From the NCBI RefSeq assembly GCF_003324675.1, contig NZ_CP030918.1, forward strand, positions 2,940,001 through 2,972,000: 32,000 nucleotides of DNA. The letters are read 5' to 3'. Position 1 is the first letter of the stretch. Every line of letters starts with the position of its first letter. The notes beneath the pieces are model-generated. The model saw only the letters and a program-made list of their open reading frames with translations, did not search any database and had not been told where the DNA came from. Origin of the DNA: Paracoccus suum (GTDB lineage: Bacteria > Pseudomonadota > Alphaproteobacteria > Rhodobacterales > Rhodobacteraceae). The position numbers and the translations under genes are program-made. Positions 1-8,497 of the stretch are shown in pieces.

Positions 1-767
1 CCCCCGGGGGCGACGCCTTCGTTGTCAGCGGCCGCGGCGAACTGCAGATGGGCGTCTTGATCGAGAACATGCGCCGCGAGGGCTTTGAGCTGTCGATCAG
101 CCGCCCGCGAGTCATCTACCGCGACGAGGACGGCCAGCGGATGGAGCCGGTCGAGGAGGTCATCATCGACGTCGATGACGACTACACCGGCGCGGTCATC
201 GACAAGCTGACCGGCGCGCGCAAGGGCGATCTCGTTGAGATGCGCCCCGCCGGCCACGGCAAGACACGCATCATCGCCCATGTCCCCAGCCGCGGCCTGA
301 TCGGTTATCAGGGCGAGTTCATGACCGACACCCGCGGCAACGGTGTGCTGAACCGCATCTTTCACGGCTGGGTGCCCTACAAGGGCCCGATCCAGGGCCG
401 CCGCCAGGGCGTTCTGATCAGCATGGAGAACGGTGTTTCGGTCGCCTATGCGCTGTGGAACCTTGAGGAGCGGGGCAAGCTGTTTATCGGCGCGCAGGAG
501 CAGATCTACGAGGGCATGATCATCGGCGAGCACAGCCGGGACAACGACCTCGAGGTGAACCCGCTGAAGGGCAAGAAGCTGACCAACGTCCGGGCCAGCG
601 GCACCGACGAGGCCGTACGCCTGACGACCCCCGTCCGTATGAGCTTGGAAGAGGCCATCGCCTATGTCGATGACGACGAGCTGGTCGAGGTCACGCCCAA
701 GGTGATCCGCCTGCGCAAGCGGCACCTCGACCCGCACGAGCGCAAGCGTCAGGCGCGGGCCGAGTAG
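1..767 (+). CDS. typA: Translational GTPase TypA/BipA, C-terminal part (gene starts upstream of the window)
   Basis: The frame is open to the 5' edge. The translation (GFELSISRPRVIYRDEDG..., NPLKGKKLTNVRASGTDEAVRLTTP, VEVTPKVIRLRKRHLD) is the conserved C-terminal half of BipA/TypA. Stop TAG at 765-767. Confidence 0.9.
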   Translation, partial: PGGDAFVVSGRGELQMGVLIENMRREGFELSISRPRVIYRDEDGQRMEPVEEVIIDVDDDYTGAVIDKLTGARKGDLVEMRPAGHGKTRIIAHVPSRGLIGYQGEFMTDTRGNGVLNRIFHGWVPYKGPIQGRRQGVLISMENGVSVAYALWNLEERGKLFIGAQEQIYEGMIIGEHSRDNDLEVNPLKGKKLTNVRASGTDEAVRLTTPVRMSLEEAIAYVDDDELVEVTPKVIRLRKRHLDPHERKRQARAE

Positions 768-787
768 GCTCAAGACCCGGTAAATCA

Positions 788-823
788 AGGAGGGCGCTGC
801 GCCGAACGGTGCGGCGCCTTCCT
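788..823 (+). terminator. Putative typA terminator hairpin
   Basis: A GC-rich imperfect stem (aggagggcgctgcgcc / ggtgcggcgccttcct, two G-U pairs, GAAC loop) lies 20 nt after the typA stop. There is no clear U-tract, which is common in high-GC alphaproteobacteria. Confidence 0.4.
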
Positions 824-904
824 GTCTCGATAGGCCAGATGTCCCGGCGCAAGCATGCGACGCGGGCCGTAGGCGTCGCTTCGCCCGCGGCTCGGCACCG
901 CACC

Positions 905-960
905 TATTCAAATTGTTTCTAAATGAGACTTTTTTATTCATTTGCCTGCTGTATTTTGTG
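905..960 (+). promoter_or_regulatory. AT-rich promoter/operator candidate upstream of the TetR-like gene
   Basis: This is the only strongly AT-rich patch in the window. It holds sigma70-like hexamers TTGTTT (913-918)-N16-TATTCA (935-940). An inverted repeat AAATGA (921-926)/TCATTT (938-943) overlaps the spacer and the -10 element. Confidence 0.3.
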
Positions 961-1021
961 ACCGACTCACCCGCGGCGGGATTTCTGGCCGAAAAATTCA
1001 ACTACATCGTTAACGGAGGCA

Positions 1022-1696
1022 TTGCGGTTGGCCGGAATTTTGACGCCTGATGAAAGCGATTTCGGAAGCACTCCCTATGACCGGATGGTGCGCACCGCCG
1101 AGATGCAATTCTTCGACGTCCTGCCCGGTGTGAATCTTCTGGCCATCGCCGAGGCGGCCGGCGTGTCGGCGGATCTGGCCGAACGACTGTTTCCGAACGA
1201 GGACGCGCTGGGCGTCGCGGTGGTCGAAAATCTCATGGTGCGCCTGATTCATCACCTCAGCAGGCGCACCACCGCCGCCCCCGCACACGACCCGGTTGCC
1301 CAGTTCCGGGCGCTGTTCGACGGCTACGTGGAATGGGCGGTGGAACATTCGTCCAGTGCCGCCGTCCTGGCCGAACGCAATGCCGCGGCCGTGGCGGGCA
1401 AGCGCGAGCTTGAAAAATACGACCGTGCAATCAATGGGCTCGCCCAATCGCTGCTGCGCCGTGCGGCGGGCCAAGGGCGGCTTGTCGAGGGCCTCGACAT
1501 CAAGGCGTCGGTCTATCATGGGCGGGCACTGACCCTGGGCCTGACGCGGATGTCAGTCAGCACCAATCCGCTGAGCCGGCCGCGCGACAAGCTCGCCTTT
1601 GCGCGCGCCTGCAGAGGCGTCATGGAGCAGTATTACGGCGGGCTATTCCGCGCCCCGCAAAACGGCGAGGATCAGCCCATCCGCTCGGAGGCGTGA
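1022..1696 (+). CDS. TetR-family transcriptional regulator (probable)
   Basis: The N-terminal helix-turn-helix pattern (VNLLAIAEAAGVSADLAERLFPNEDAL) is typical of TetR/AcrR proteins, and the rest is helical. The start is uncertain: TTG 1022 sits only 2 nt after GGAGG (1015-1019), so in-frame TTG 1028 is better spaced. ATG 1085 is also in frame. Confidence 0.6.
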   Translation: MRLAGILTPDESDFGSTPYDRMVRTAEMQFFDVLPGVNLLAIAEAAGVSADLAERLFPNEDALGVAVVENLMVRLIHHLSRRTTAAPAHDPVAQFRALFDGYVEWAVEHSSSAAVLAERNAAAVAGKRELEKYDRAINGLAQSLLRRAAGQGRLVEGLDIKASVYHGRALTLGLTRMSVSTNPLSRPRDKLAFARACRGVMEQYYGGLFRAPQNGEDQPIRSEA

Positions 1697-2556
1697 TCGC
1701 CGGGGCTGGCGGGGAATACCACCGTCTTGGCCCCGTTTAGAAACGCGCGATGGTGGATATGCGCGTGAATGGCCCGCGCCAGCACCGCCGCCTCGACATC
1801 CCTGCCGAGGCTGACGTAGTCGGCCGCCGACTGGGCATGCGTGACGCGCACCGTGTCCTGCTCGATGATCGGACCCTCGTCCAGATCGGGGGTGACGTAG
1901 TGCGCCGTCGCGCCGATCAGCTTGACCCCACGTTCATGCGCCTGCTTGTAGGGATTGGCGCCCTTGAAGCTGGGCAGAAAGCTGTGGTGGATGTTGATGA
2001 TCCGCCCGGCCATGCGCCGGCAGAACGCATCCGACAACACCTGCATGTAGCGCGCGAGCACGACCAGGTCGGTCCCGGTCTCGTCGATGAGCGCTAGCAG
2101 GCGCGCCTCGGCCTCGGGCTTGTTCTCACGGGTAACGCGGATGTGGTGGAAGGGAATGTCGTGGTTCACGACCACCTTCTGATAGGTCATGTGGTTGCTG
2201 ACCACGCCAACGATATCGATCGGCAGGGCGCCAATCTTCCAGCGATACAGCAGGTCGTTCAGGCAATGACCAAAGTTCGAGACCATCAACAGAACGCGCA
2301 TCCGCTGATCGGGGGAATGGATCGCCCAGGTCATGTCAAATGACCCTGCAAGTTCCTCAAACCCTTCTCGCAGCGATTCGGCGGTGGCGCCGCCCTCCGA
2401 GACAAAGCGGATGCGCATGAAGAAGCGGCCGTTGTCCTGGTCGTCGAACTGGGCGCTATCGGTGATGTTGCAGGACTGCTCGGCCAGGTAGCCGGACACC
2501 GCCGCGACAATGCCGCGGCGGGTGGGGCAGGTGACGGTCAGAACGAGATCGGTCAT
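1672..2556 (-). CDS. purU: Formyltetrahydrofolate deformylase
   Basis: An N-terminal ACT domain (MTDLVLTVTCPTRRGIVAAVSGYLAEQSCNITDSAQF) is followed by a formyltransferase core (LLMVSNFGHCLNDLLYRW, INIHHSFLPSFKGANPY, ATAHYVTPDLDEGPII). The start was trimmed from the ORF-track 2619 to ATG 2556, which gives a typical PurU length. Confidence 0.9.
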   Translation of the reverse strand: MTDLVLTVTCPTRRGIVAAVSGYLAEQSCNITDSAQFDDQDNGRFFMRIRFVSEGGATAESLREGFEELAGSFDMTWAIHSPDQRMRVLLMVSNFGHCLNDLLYRWKIGALPIDIVGVVSNHMTYQKVVVNHDIPFHHIRVTRENKPEAEARLLALIDETGTDLVVLARYMQVLSDAFCRRMAGRIINIHHSFLPSFKGANPYKQAHERGVKLIGATAHYVTPDLDEGPIIEQDTVRVTHAQSAADYVSLGRDVEAAVLARAIHAHIHHRAFLNGAKTVVFPASPGDHASERMG

Positions 2557-2671
2557 ACGGGGATCATCCGTGCATGAGGTCAGAGCGTCATATGGCCCGC
2601 GCCATATGCGCTGCGCCATCCGGATACGCTGGTTTCAAATCCAAAAGCGACGCGGCACGGGGGCCATGCAG

Positions 2672-3598
2672 TCACGCCCTCAGGGCCTCGATATCCTCGG
2701 GCTGGCCAAAGTTGCGGCAGCTCGCCTCGGGCAGGATGCGGCGGACCATGCCGCACAGGGTCTTTCCGGCGCCAATCTCCCAGAACTCGGTTACGCCGGC
2801 TTCGCCCATCCACAGTACCGACTCGCGCCAGCGGACGGAGCCGGTGACCTGTTCGACAAGCAGACGGCGGATCGCGCCCGGCTCGGTCACCGCCTCGGCG
2901 CGCACATTGGCCACCAGCGGCACGGCGGGGGGCTGGATGTCGACCGCGGCAAGTGCCTCGGCCATCACCGTCGCGGCGTGCTGCATCAGCGTCGAATGGA
3001 ACGGCGCCGAAACCGGCAGCATCAGCGCACGCTTGGCCCCACGCTCCTTGGCGAGGGCGGCGGCGCGCTCGACCGCGGCGACGTGGCCCGAGATGACGAC
3101 CTGCGCCGGATCGTTGTCGTTCGCCGCCTGGCACACCTCTTCGCCGGCGGCTTCGCGCGCGATCTGGTCCACAGTCGCGAAATCGAGGCCGAGGATCGCG
3201 GCCATGGCGCCCTCGCCCACCGGAACAGCCTCCTGCATCGCCTGGCCGCGCAGCCGCAGCAGACGGGCGGTATCGGACAGCGTCAGCGCGCCGGCCGCGC
3301 ACAGCGCGGAATATTCCCCCAGCGAGTGGCCGGCGACGTAGCTGGCGTCCGCGATCGAGATCCCCTCTGCCTCGAGCGCGCGCAGCGCAGCAATCGAGGT
3401 AGCCATCAGCGCCGGTTGGGCATTCGCGGTCAGGGTCAGTGTGGCCTGATCGCCATCCCAGATCAGAGCGGACAGCTTTTCGCCCAGGGCCTCGTCAACC
3501 TCGTCGAACACCGCCCGCGCCTCGGGCCAGCGCTCGGCCAATGCGCGTCCCATGCCCACGGTCTGAGCGCCCTGCCCCGGAAAAATAAACGCACGCAT
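2672..3598 (-). CDS. fabD: Malonyl-CoA:ACP transacylase
   Basis: The translation shows MRAFIFPGQGAQTVGMG, the active-site motif GHSLGEYSAL, and VSAPFHSTLM. The start was trimmed to ATG 3598. Confidence 0.92.
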   Translation of the reverse strand: MRAFIFPGQGAQTVGMGRALAERWPEARAVFDEVDEALGEKLSALIWDGDQATLTLTANAQPALMATSIAALRALEAEGISIADASYVAGHSLGEYSALCAAGALTLSDTARLLRLRGQAMQEAVPVGEGAMAAILGLDFATVDQIAREAAGEEVCQAANDNDPAQVVISGHVAAVERAAALAKERGAKRALMLPVSAPFHSTLMQHAATVMAEALAAVDIQPPAVPLVANVRAEAVTEPGAIRRLLVEQVTGSVRWRESVLWMGEAGVTEFWEIGAGKTLCGMVRRILPEASCRNFGQPEDIEALRA

Positions 3599-3669
3599 GA
3601 TGCAAATTCCTCTTGGATCGAGCGAGGGATAGCCTTTGAAACGGACCGAAGCAACGACAGGAGACATCC

Positions 3670-4983
3670 GTGTCCGAAGCCCGAACCCCTCTGCCGGCCC
3701 GAAACACCGCGCGCGGCTATGGCAGCGTCAACCGTGTCCTTCACTGGCTGATCGCCGCACTGATCTTGACGGCCATCCTCCTCGGCTTGATCGCGGTCAC
3801 CCTGCCGCGCAACGGACCCGAAGCAATTGCCCGGGTGGTGCAGGTATTTTCGGTGCACAAGACGGTGGGGATCACCGTCCTGATCCTGGCCCTGCTGCGC
3901 GTCGTCTGGGTGATGGGCCAGACCCATCCGCGCCCCCTGCACCCCGAGCGGCGGGTCGAAACATGGCTCGCGGATAGCGTCCACTGGGCGCTTTACGGCG
4001 GGATGGTGCTGATGCCGCTTAGCGGCTGGCTGCTGCATTCAGCCGCGCCCGGTGAGGGCTTTGCCGATATCCTGTGGCCGTTCGGGCAGCGCCTGCCCGG
4101 CATCCCACAGGACGCCGCCCTCACGAAACAGCTGGAGGCGTTTCACGGCGCCGGCTGGTGGCTGCTCGCCGCGCTGATCGTGCTGCATGTCGCAGGCGCG
4201 GTGAAACACGTGCTGGTCGACCGCGATGCCACCCTCGCACGGATGACGCGGCCGCTGGACCAACTGCCCGAGCCGCCGGCCGACACCCGGAGTAACCGCT
4301 GGCTGGCGCCCTTCACCGCGGCGGTCGTTTGGCTGGGTTTTGCAATTGCGACACAGATCGTCCCTCAGGATGAAATGCCGGTAACTTCCCAAAGGCCCGT
4401 CCCTGTCGCTGAGGCGCCCCCACCGGCGGCTCCGGCGGCTCCGGCGGCACAAAGCACTGCAAGTGCCCCGCCGACGCAAGCCGCAACCACATCGCAATCC
4501 AACCCGGCCTGGACCGTGACCGAGGGCACGCTCGGGCTCTCGGTCAATCAGGGGGGAAGCCCGGTCGCCGGCAGTTTTGGCACCTGGATCGCCGACATCC
4601 ACTATGATCCGGCCAGCGGTATGGGGCATGTGGATGTGACGGTCGACATCGCCTCGCTGCAATTGGGCACGGTCAGCGGCACCGCCACGGGACCGGATTT
4701 CCTGAACGCGGCGGCGCATCCCAAGGCGCAGTTCACGGCCGATATTACCCGAGTCGTGCCCGCGGGCACTGCGCATCAGGCCGTCGGCACCCTCACCCTC
4801 GCCGGGCAGGAACGTCCGGCGAGCTTGCCGTTCGACCTGACAATCGAAGGGAATGCCGCGCGGGCGCAGGGCAAGCTGGTGCTCGATCGGCGCCAGTTCG
4901 GGATCGGCGCGGGCTATGCCGACGAATCTACCGTCGGATTCGCGGTGCCGGTCACGGTCGACCTGACGGCGACCCGGCGCTGA
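3670..4983 (+). CDS. Fusion protein: cytochrome b561 family (CybB-like, membrane) plus periplasmic YceI-like domain
   Basis: The N-terminal ~190 aa have four TM helices with conserved His residues (VLHWLIA, SVHKTVG, SVHWALYG, VLHVAGAVKH), as in cytochrome b561. An Ala/Pro/Thr-rich linker follows. The C-terminal ~170 aa (WTVTEGTLGLSV..., FLNAAAHPKAQFTAD..., LVLDRRQFGIG) are YceI-like. GTG start at 3670 with AGGAGA 6 nt upstream. Confidence 0.8.
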   Translation: MSEARTPLPARNTARGYGSVNRVLHWLIAALILTAILLGLIAVTLPRNGPEAIARVVQVFSVHKTVGITVLILALLRVVWVMGQTHPRPLHPERRVETWLADSVHWALYGGMVLMPLSGWLLHSAAPGEGFADILWPFGQRLPGIPQDAALTKQLEAFHGAGWWLLAALIVLHVAGAVKHVLVDRDATLARMTRPLDQLPEPPADTRSNRWLAPFTAAVVWLGFAIATQIVPQDEMPVTSQRPVPVAEAPPPAAPAAPAAQSTASAPPTQAATTSQSNPAWTVTEGTLGLSVNQGGSPVAGSFGTWIADIHYDPASGMGHVDVTVDIASLQLGTVSGTATGPDFLNAAAHPKAQFTADITRVVPAGTAHQAVGTLTLAGQERPASLPFDLTIEGNAARAQGKLVLDRRQFGIGAGYADESTVGFAVPVTVDLTATRR

Positions 4984-4996
4984 CCCGAAAGAGAAA

Positions 4997-5018
4997 GGGC
5001 CGCCCCTGCGGGCGGCCC
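4997..5018. terminator. Bidirectional rho-independent terminator between convergent genes
   Basis: Perfect 9-bp GC stem GGGCCGCCC-ctgc-GGGCGGCCC. On the minus strand (ndk sense) TTTCTCTTTC follows it. It also lies 14 nt after the plus-strand stop at 4983. Confidence 0.7.
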
Positions 5019-5043
5019 CTGGTTAGCCAAGCTGCGTTCGACC

Positions 5044-5466
5044 TCAGCCGACCAGTTCGAGGCCAGAAAAGAAGAACGCGATCTCTTCCTTGGCGGTCTC
5101 GGCGGCGTCGCTGCCGTGAACGCTGTTCTCACCCACGGACTGCGCGAACTCCTTGCGGATGGTTCCTTCGGCGGCATCCTTGGGGTTGGTCGCGCCCATC
5201 ACTTCGCGGTTCTTGGCAATGGCGTTCTCGCCCTCCAGCACCTGCACCACGACCGGGCCCGACGCCATGAAGTCGCGCAGTTCGCCAAAGAAGGGACGGT
5301 CCTTGTGGACCTCGTAGAATTTGCCCGCCTGCTCGGGGGTCAGCTGGATGCGCTTGGCGGCGACGATGCGCAGGCCGGCATCCTCGAATTTCTTGGCAAT
5401 GGCGCCGGTCAGGTTGCGCTTGGTGGCGTCCGGCTTGATGATCGACAGGGTGCGTTCGACGGCCAT
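5044..5466 (-). CDS. ndk: Nucleoside diphosphate kinase
   Basis: [23 protein letters not shown]... with the active-site region NSVHGSDA. The product is 140 aa. The start was trimmed from 5577 to ATG 5466. Confidence 0.95.
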   Translation of the reverse strand: MAVERTLSIIKPDATKRNLTGAIAKKFEDAGLRIVAAKRIQLTPEQAGKFYEVHKDRPFFGELRDFMASGPVVVQVLEGENAIAKNREVMGATNPKDAAEGTIRKEFAQSVGENSVHGSDAAETAKEEIAFFFSGLELVG

Positions 5467-5629
5467 GGTAATCCTTTGGGATGGGGGAGCCGCAGCGGCC
5501 CCGGAATGCGCGGCGGGGCTAGCATGGCAAGCCCGCAAAGGAAAGCGGCGGACCGCAGGCGTGGGCGAGCAGAACATGCGTTTTCAGAGCCGCCTCCGGA
5601 GGTCAGAAACAGCGCTCGCCGCAAACAGA

Positions 5630-5658
5630 AACGGCCGGCCCCAGAGGGACCGGCCGTT
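5630..5658 (-). terminator. Putative tsf terminator
   Basis: A 9-bp stem AACGGCCGG/CCGGCCGTT lies 20 nt downstream of the tsf stop. On the minus strand it is followed by TCTGTTTG. Confidence 0.5.
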
Positions 5659-5678
5659 GAAAAACCTTGCAGGAAGGA

Positions 5679-6560
5679 TCAGGCGCCTTGCAGGGTCTTC
5701 GCGACCTCCGCGGCGAAGTCCTCTTCCTTCTTCTCGATGCCCTCGCCGACAGCGACGCGGGCAAAGCCGGTGACTTCAACTCCGGCGTCCTTGGCGGCCT
5801 GCGCCACGGTCACGTCGGGGTTGATCACGAACTTCTGCCCCAGCAGCGTGACTTCCTCGAAGTACTTGGCCATGCGGCCCTGGATCATCTTTTCGATGAC
5901 CGCCTCGGGCTTGCCGCTCTCGCGGGCCTGCTCGCTCAGCACGTTCTTTTCACGCTCGACCAGCGCCGGGTCGAGGTCGGCCTCGGAGAGGGATGCGGGC
6001 GAGGTCGCGGCGATGTGCATGGCGATCTGGCGACCAAGCTCTTCGGCACCGGCACCCTTCAGGGCGACCAGCACGCCGATCTTGCCCATGCCGGGCGCGG
6101 CGGCGTTGTGGACATAGCTGACCACGGTGTCGCCCTCGACGGCAACCATCCGGCGCAGGGTCATGTTCTCGCCGATCTTGGCGATCGCGTCGGTCAGCAC
6201 TTCGCTGACGGGCTTGCCGTTCAGCGGCGCGTCGCGCAGCGCATCGACATCGGCCGCGCCCAGCGCAACCTGCGCGATGGAGCGGACCATGTCCTGGAAG
6301 GCCTCGTTCTTGGCGACGAAGTCGGTCTCGCTGTTGACCTCGACCGCAACACCGCGGCCGTCCTTGACGGCGACGCCAACCAAGCCCTCGGCCGCGATGC
6401 GGCCCGATTTCTTGGCAGCCTTGGCAAGACCCTTGGTGCGCAGCCAATCGACCGCGGCTTCCATGTCCCCGCCCGTCTCGGTCAGTGCTTTCTTAGCGTC
6501 CATCATGCCCGCGCCGGTCGTCTCGCGCAGGTCTTTCACCATCGCGGCGGTAATGGCCAT
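5679..6560 (-). CDS. tsf: Translation elongation factor Ts
   Basis: [44 protein letters not shown]... is the canonical EF-Ts N-terminus, and the full-length product is 293 aa. The start was trimmed from 6842 to ATG 6560, with GGAGAG upstream. Confidence 0.95.
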   Translation of the reverse strand: MAITAAMVKDLRETTGAGMMDAKKALTETGGDMEAAVDWLRTKGLAKAAKKSGRIAAEGLVGVAVKDGRGVAVEVNSETDFVAKNEAFQDMVRSIAQVALGAADVDALRDAPLNGKPVSEVLTDAIAKIGENMTLRRMVAVEGDTVVSYVHNAAAPGMGKIGVLVALKGAGAEELGRQIAMHIAATSPASLSEADLDPALVEREKNVLSEQARESGKPEAVIEKMIQGRMAKYFEEVTLLGQKFVINPDVTVAQAAKDAGVEVTGFARVAVGEGIEKKEEDFAAEVAKTLQGA

Positions 6561-6589
6561 CGTGGTCTCTCCATCCATATTCGGGGGAC

Positions 6590-6612
6590 CGGGCGGGGCA
6601 CTGCCCCGCCCG
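6590..6612 (-). terminator. rpsB-tsf intercistronic hairpin (possible attenuator or processing signal)
   Basis: A perfect 10-bp GC stem (cGGGCGGGGC-act-GCCCCGCCCg) sits in the 58-nt gap between the rpsB stop and the tsf start. There is no U-tract. Confidence 0.4.
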
Positions 6613-6618
6613 AAGGCA

Positions 6619-7458
6619 TCAGTTCTGCGCGGCGTCCGCGTCGGCCGCGGCAGCGGCTTCCTCGGTCGGGGCAGATTGATCGGTGGATTCGGTCGCGGCA
6701 TCCATGCCGTCGTCCAGCAGTTCTTCGGGCGCATCCGAGAGCGCCCCCAGATCGACGCCCGCGGCGCCCATCTGCGCCGACATGCCGTCGAGGGCCGCAC
6801 GCGCGACGAGGTCGCAATAGAGGCTGATCGCCCGCGCCGCATCGTCGTTGCCGGGGATCACGTAGTCGATGCCCTTGGGCGAGCAGTTGGTGTCAACCAC
6901 TGCGACGACCGGGATGCCCAGCTTGTTCGCCTCGAGGACCGCCAGATCCTCCTTGCTGACGTCGATGACGAACAGCAGGTCCGGCAGGCCACCCATCTCG
7001 CGGATGCCGCCCAGGCTGGCCTGCAGCTTGGCCTGCTCGCGCTCCATGCCGAGGCGCTCTTTCTTGGTCAGGCCCTCGGCGCCATGCGCCATGGTCTCGT
7101 CGATCTGCTTCAGGCGCTGGATCGACTGGCTGACCGTTTTCCAGTTGGTCAGCGTGCCGCCGAGCCAACGGTGGTTCATGTAAAATTGCGCGCTGCGCTC
7201 GGCCGCGTCGGCAACGGCTTTTTGCGCCTGACGCTTGGTGCCGACGAACAGCACCCGGCCGCCCTTGGCGACGGTATCGCGGATGACTTGCAAGGCCGCG
7301 TCCAGCATCGGGACGGTCTGCGTCAGGTCAAGAATGTGAATGCCGTTGCGGTCGCCGTAGATGTATTCGGCCATCCGCGGGTTCCAGCGCTGCGTCTGGT
7401 GACCGTAGTGAACGCCAGCCTCAAGCAGCTGACGCATGGAGAAATCGGGAAGCGCCAT
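6619..7458 (-). CDS. rpsB: 30S ribosomal protein S2
   Basis: [29 protein letters not shown]..., HILDLTQT, and [10 protein letters not shown], followed by an acidic C-terminal tail. It lies in the classic rpsB-tsf arrangement. Confidence 0.95.
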   Translation of the reverse strand: MALPDFSMRQLLEAGVHYGHQTQRWNPRMAEYIYGDRNGIHILDLTQTVPMLDAALQVIRDTVAKGGRVLFVGTKRQAQKAVADAAERSAQFYMNHRWLGGTLTNWKTVSQSIQRLKQIDETMAHGAEGLTKKERLGMEREQAKLQASLGGIREMGGLPDLLFVIDVSKEDLAVLEANKLGIPVVAVVDTNCSPKGIDYVIPGNDDAARAISLYCDLVARAALDGMSAQMGAAGVDLGALSDAPEELLDDGMDAATESTDQSAPTEEAAAAADADAAQN

Positions 7459-7727
7459 GTCCGTGTCCTTTCCGGTTTACGCCTTGGCGGGGCTCTCAGG
7501 GCGGATGCCCCAACCGGTGGACGCGCACGGGATTTCTCCCCGTGAATGCCCGACCCCGCCTGTGAAGTGCCGCGCAGATAGGATGTTTCGGGGCCAAGCG
7601 CAAGGCGATTCCGGGCCGACGGCCGGGGCGTTCCGGGAGGGCGAAATGCGCATGATTTTAGCGGTTCCGATACGAAAACCGGTACCCGCGATAAGCATCG
7701 CGAAGGCCGGGGGAAACAGTGCCGGCG

Positions 7728-7742
7728 CTAACCGAAACTTAA
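7728..7742. promoter_or_regulatory. CtrA-box-like site upstream of the che operon (one mismatch)
   Basis: CTAA-ccgaaac-TTAA compared with the consensus TTAA-N7-TTAA. It lies ~100 bp upstream of the first che-operon ORF. TTAA is rare in this GC-rich DNA. Confidence 0.25.
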
Positions 7743-7839
7743 GGGCTGGGGACTAAGAGGGTGGGAAGATGATCGATCGGAAGGATTCTCCCTTGCGGCA
7801 ACTGCCCCGGCCTTTCCCGCCACATTCGTCGGCGGCCGC

Positions 7840-8118
7840 GTGATGGCCGGCACACTGACGCTGCCGCATAGGCTCGATCTGACCGCGGCCCGCCGTCTGA
7901 CGCGCGATCTGCGCGATCGCTCGGGCGCGCCGCTGGTGATCGATGCCTCTGCGGTCAGCCATCTGGGCGGGCTGTGCCTGCAGGTGCTGCTGGCGGCAGC
8001 GCAGGACTGGGGGCGGCGCGGCGTCAGCCTGCGACTGGCCCCGCAATCGCCGGCCTTTGTCGAGGCGCTGACGCAATTCGGCGTCGGCCCCGACGCGCTA
8101 GAAAACGGAGCGAAATGA
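7840..8118 (+). CDS. Small STAS-domain (anti-sigma-antagonist-like) protein, first gene of the che operon
   Basis: The 92-aa product reads LDLTAARRLTRDL...PLVIDASAVSHLGGLCLQVLLAA...LRLAPQSPAFVEALTQFGV, which is a STAS/SpoIIAA-like pattern. Its stop overlaps the cheY start (ATGA). The start is GTG 7840 or ATG 7843. Confidence 0.6.
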   Translation: MMAGTLTLPHRLDLTAARRLTRDLRDRSGAPLVIDASAVSHLGGLCLQVLLAAAQDWGRRGVSLRLAPQSPAFVEALTQFGVGPDALENGAK

Positions 8119-8483
8119 TGACTCTCAAGATCCTGGCGGTGGATGACAGCCGCACGATGCGAGACATGCTGACCATCGCGCTGACCACCGCAGGGATGGA
8201 GGTGGCCTTGGCCGAGGACGGGGTCCACGGCCTCGAGGTTCTGGAGGGCAGCGCGCCTGACGCCATCATCTCGGACATCAACATGCCCCGCCTCGACGGC
8301 TTCGGCTTCATCGAGGCTGTGCGCAAGATCGACCAGTTCCGGGCCACCCCGATCCTCGTCTTGACTACCGAAAGCGCGCCCGAGCTGAAGGCCCGTGCCC
8401 GCAATGCCGGTGCGACTGGCTGGATCATCAAGCCGTTCGATCCGCAAAAGCTGGTGCGCTCGATCCAGACGGTCACGGGCTGA
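8115..8483 (+). CDS. cheY: Chemotaxis response regulator CheY (first copy)
   Basis: A single receiver domain: ILAVDDSRTMR, the phospho-Asp context AIISDINMPRLDG, LVLTTE, and WIIKPF. The start was trimmed to ATG 8115, which overlaps the upstream stop. Confidence 0.9.
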   Translation: MMTLKILAVDDSRTMRDMLTIALTTAGMEVALAEDGVHGLEVLEGSAPDAIISDINMPRLDGFGFIEAVRKIDQFRATPILVLTTESAPELKARARNAGATGWIIKPFDPQKLVRSIQTVTG

Positions 8484-8497
8484 GGAAGGGGACGGCC

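Noticed and set aside
2510-3751. 413-aa and 255-aa plus-strand ORFs and a 240-aa minus-strand ORF overlapping fabD
   Set aside because: The fabD frame carries the GHSLGE active site and full-length colinearity. The alternatives are Arg/Gly-rich and have no motifs.
5667-7545. Two long plus-strand ORFs (5667-6827 and 6127-7545) overlapping tsf and rpsB
   Set aside because: They are antisense shadows of two universally conserved genes, and their translations have no recognisable domains.
7436-7839. Small ORFs (7436-7756 plus strand, 7477-7698 minus strand, 7728-8447 and 7753-8076 minus strand) in and around the rpsB/che intergenic region
   Set aside because: None has a ribosome-binding site or a recognisable protein pattern. 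They overlap the rpsB leader and the che promoter region or the STAS/cheY genes.
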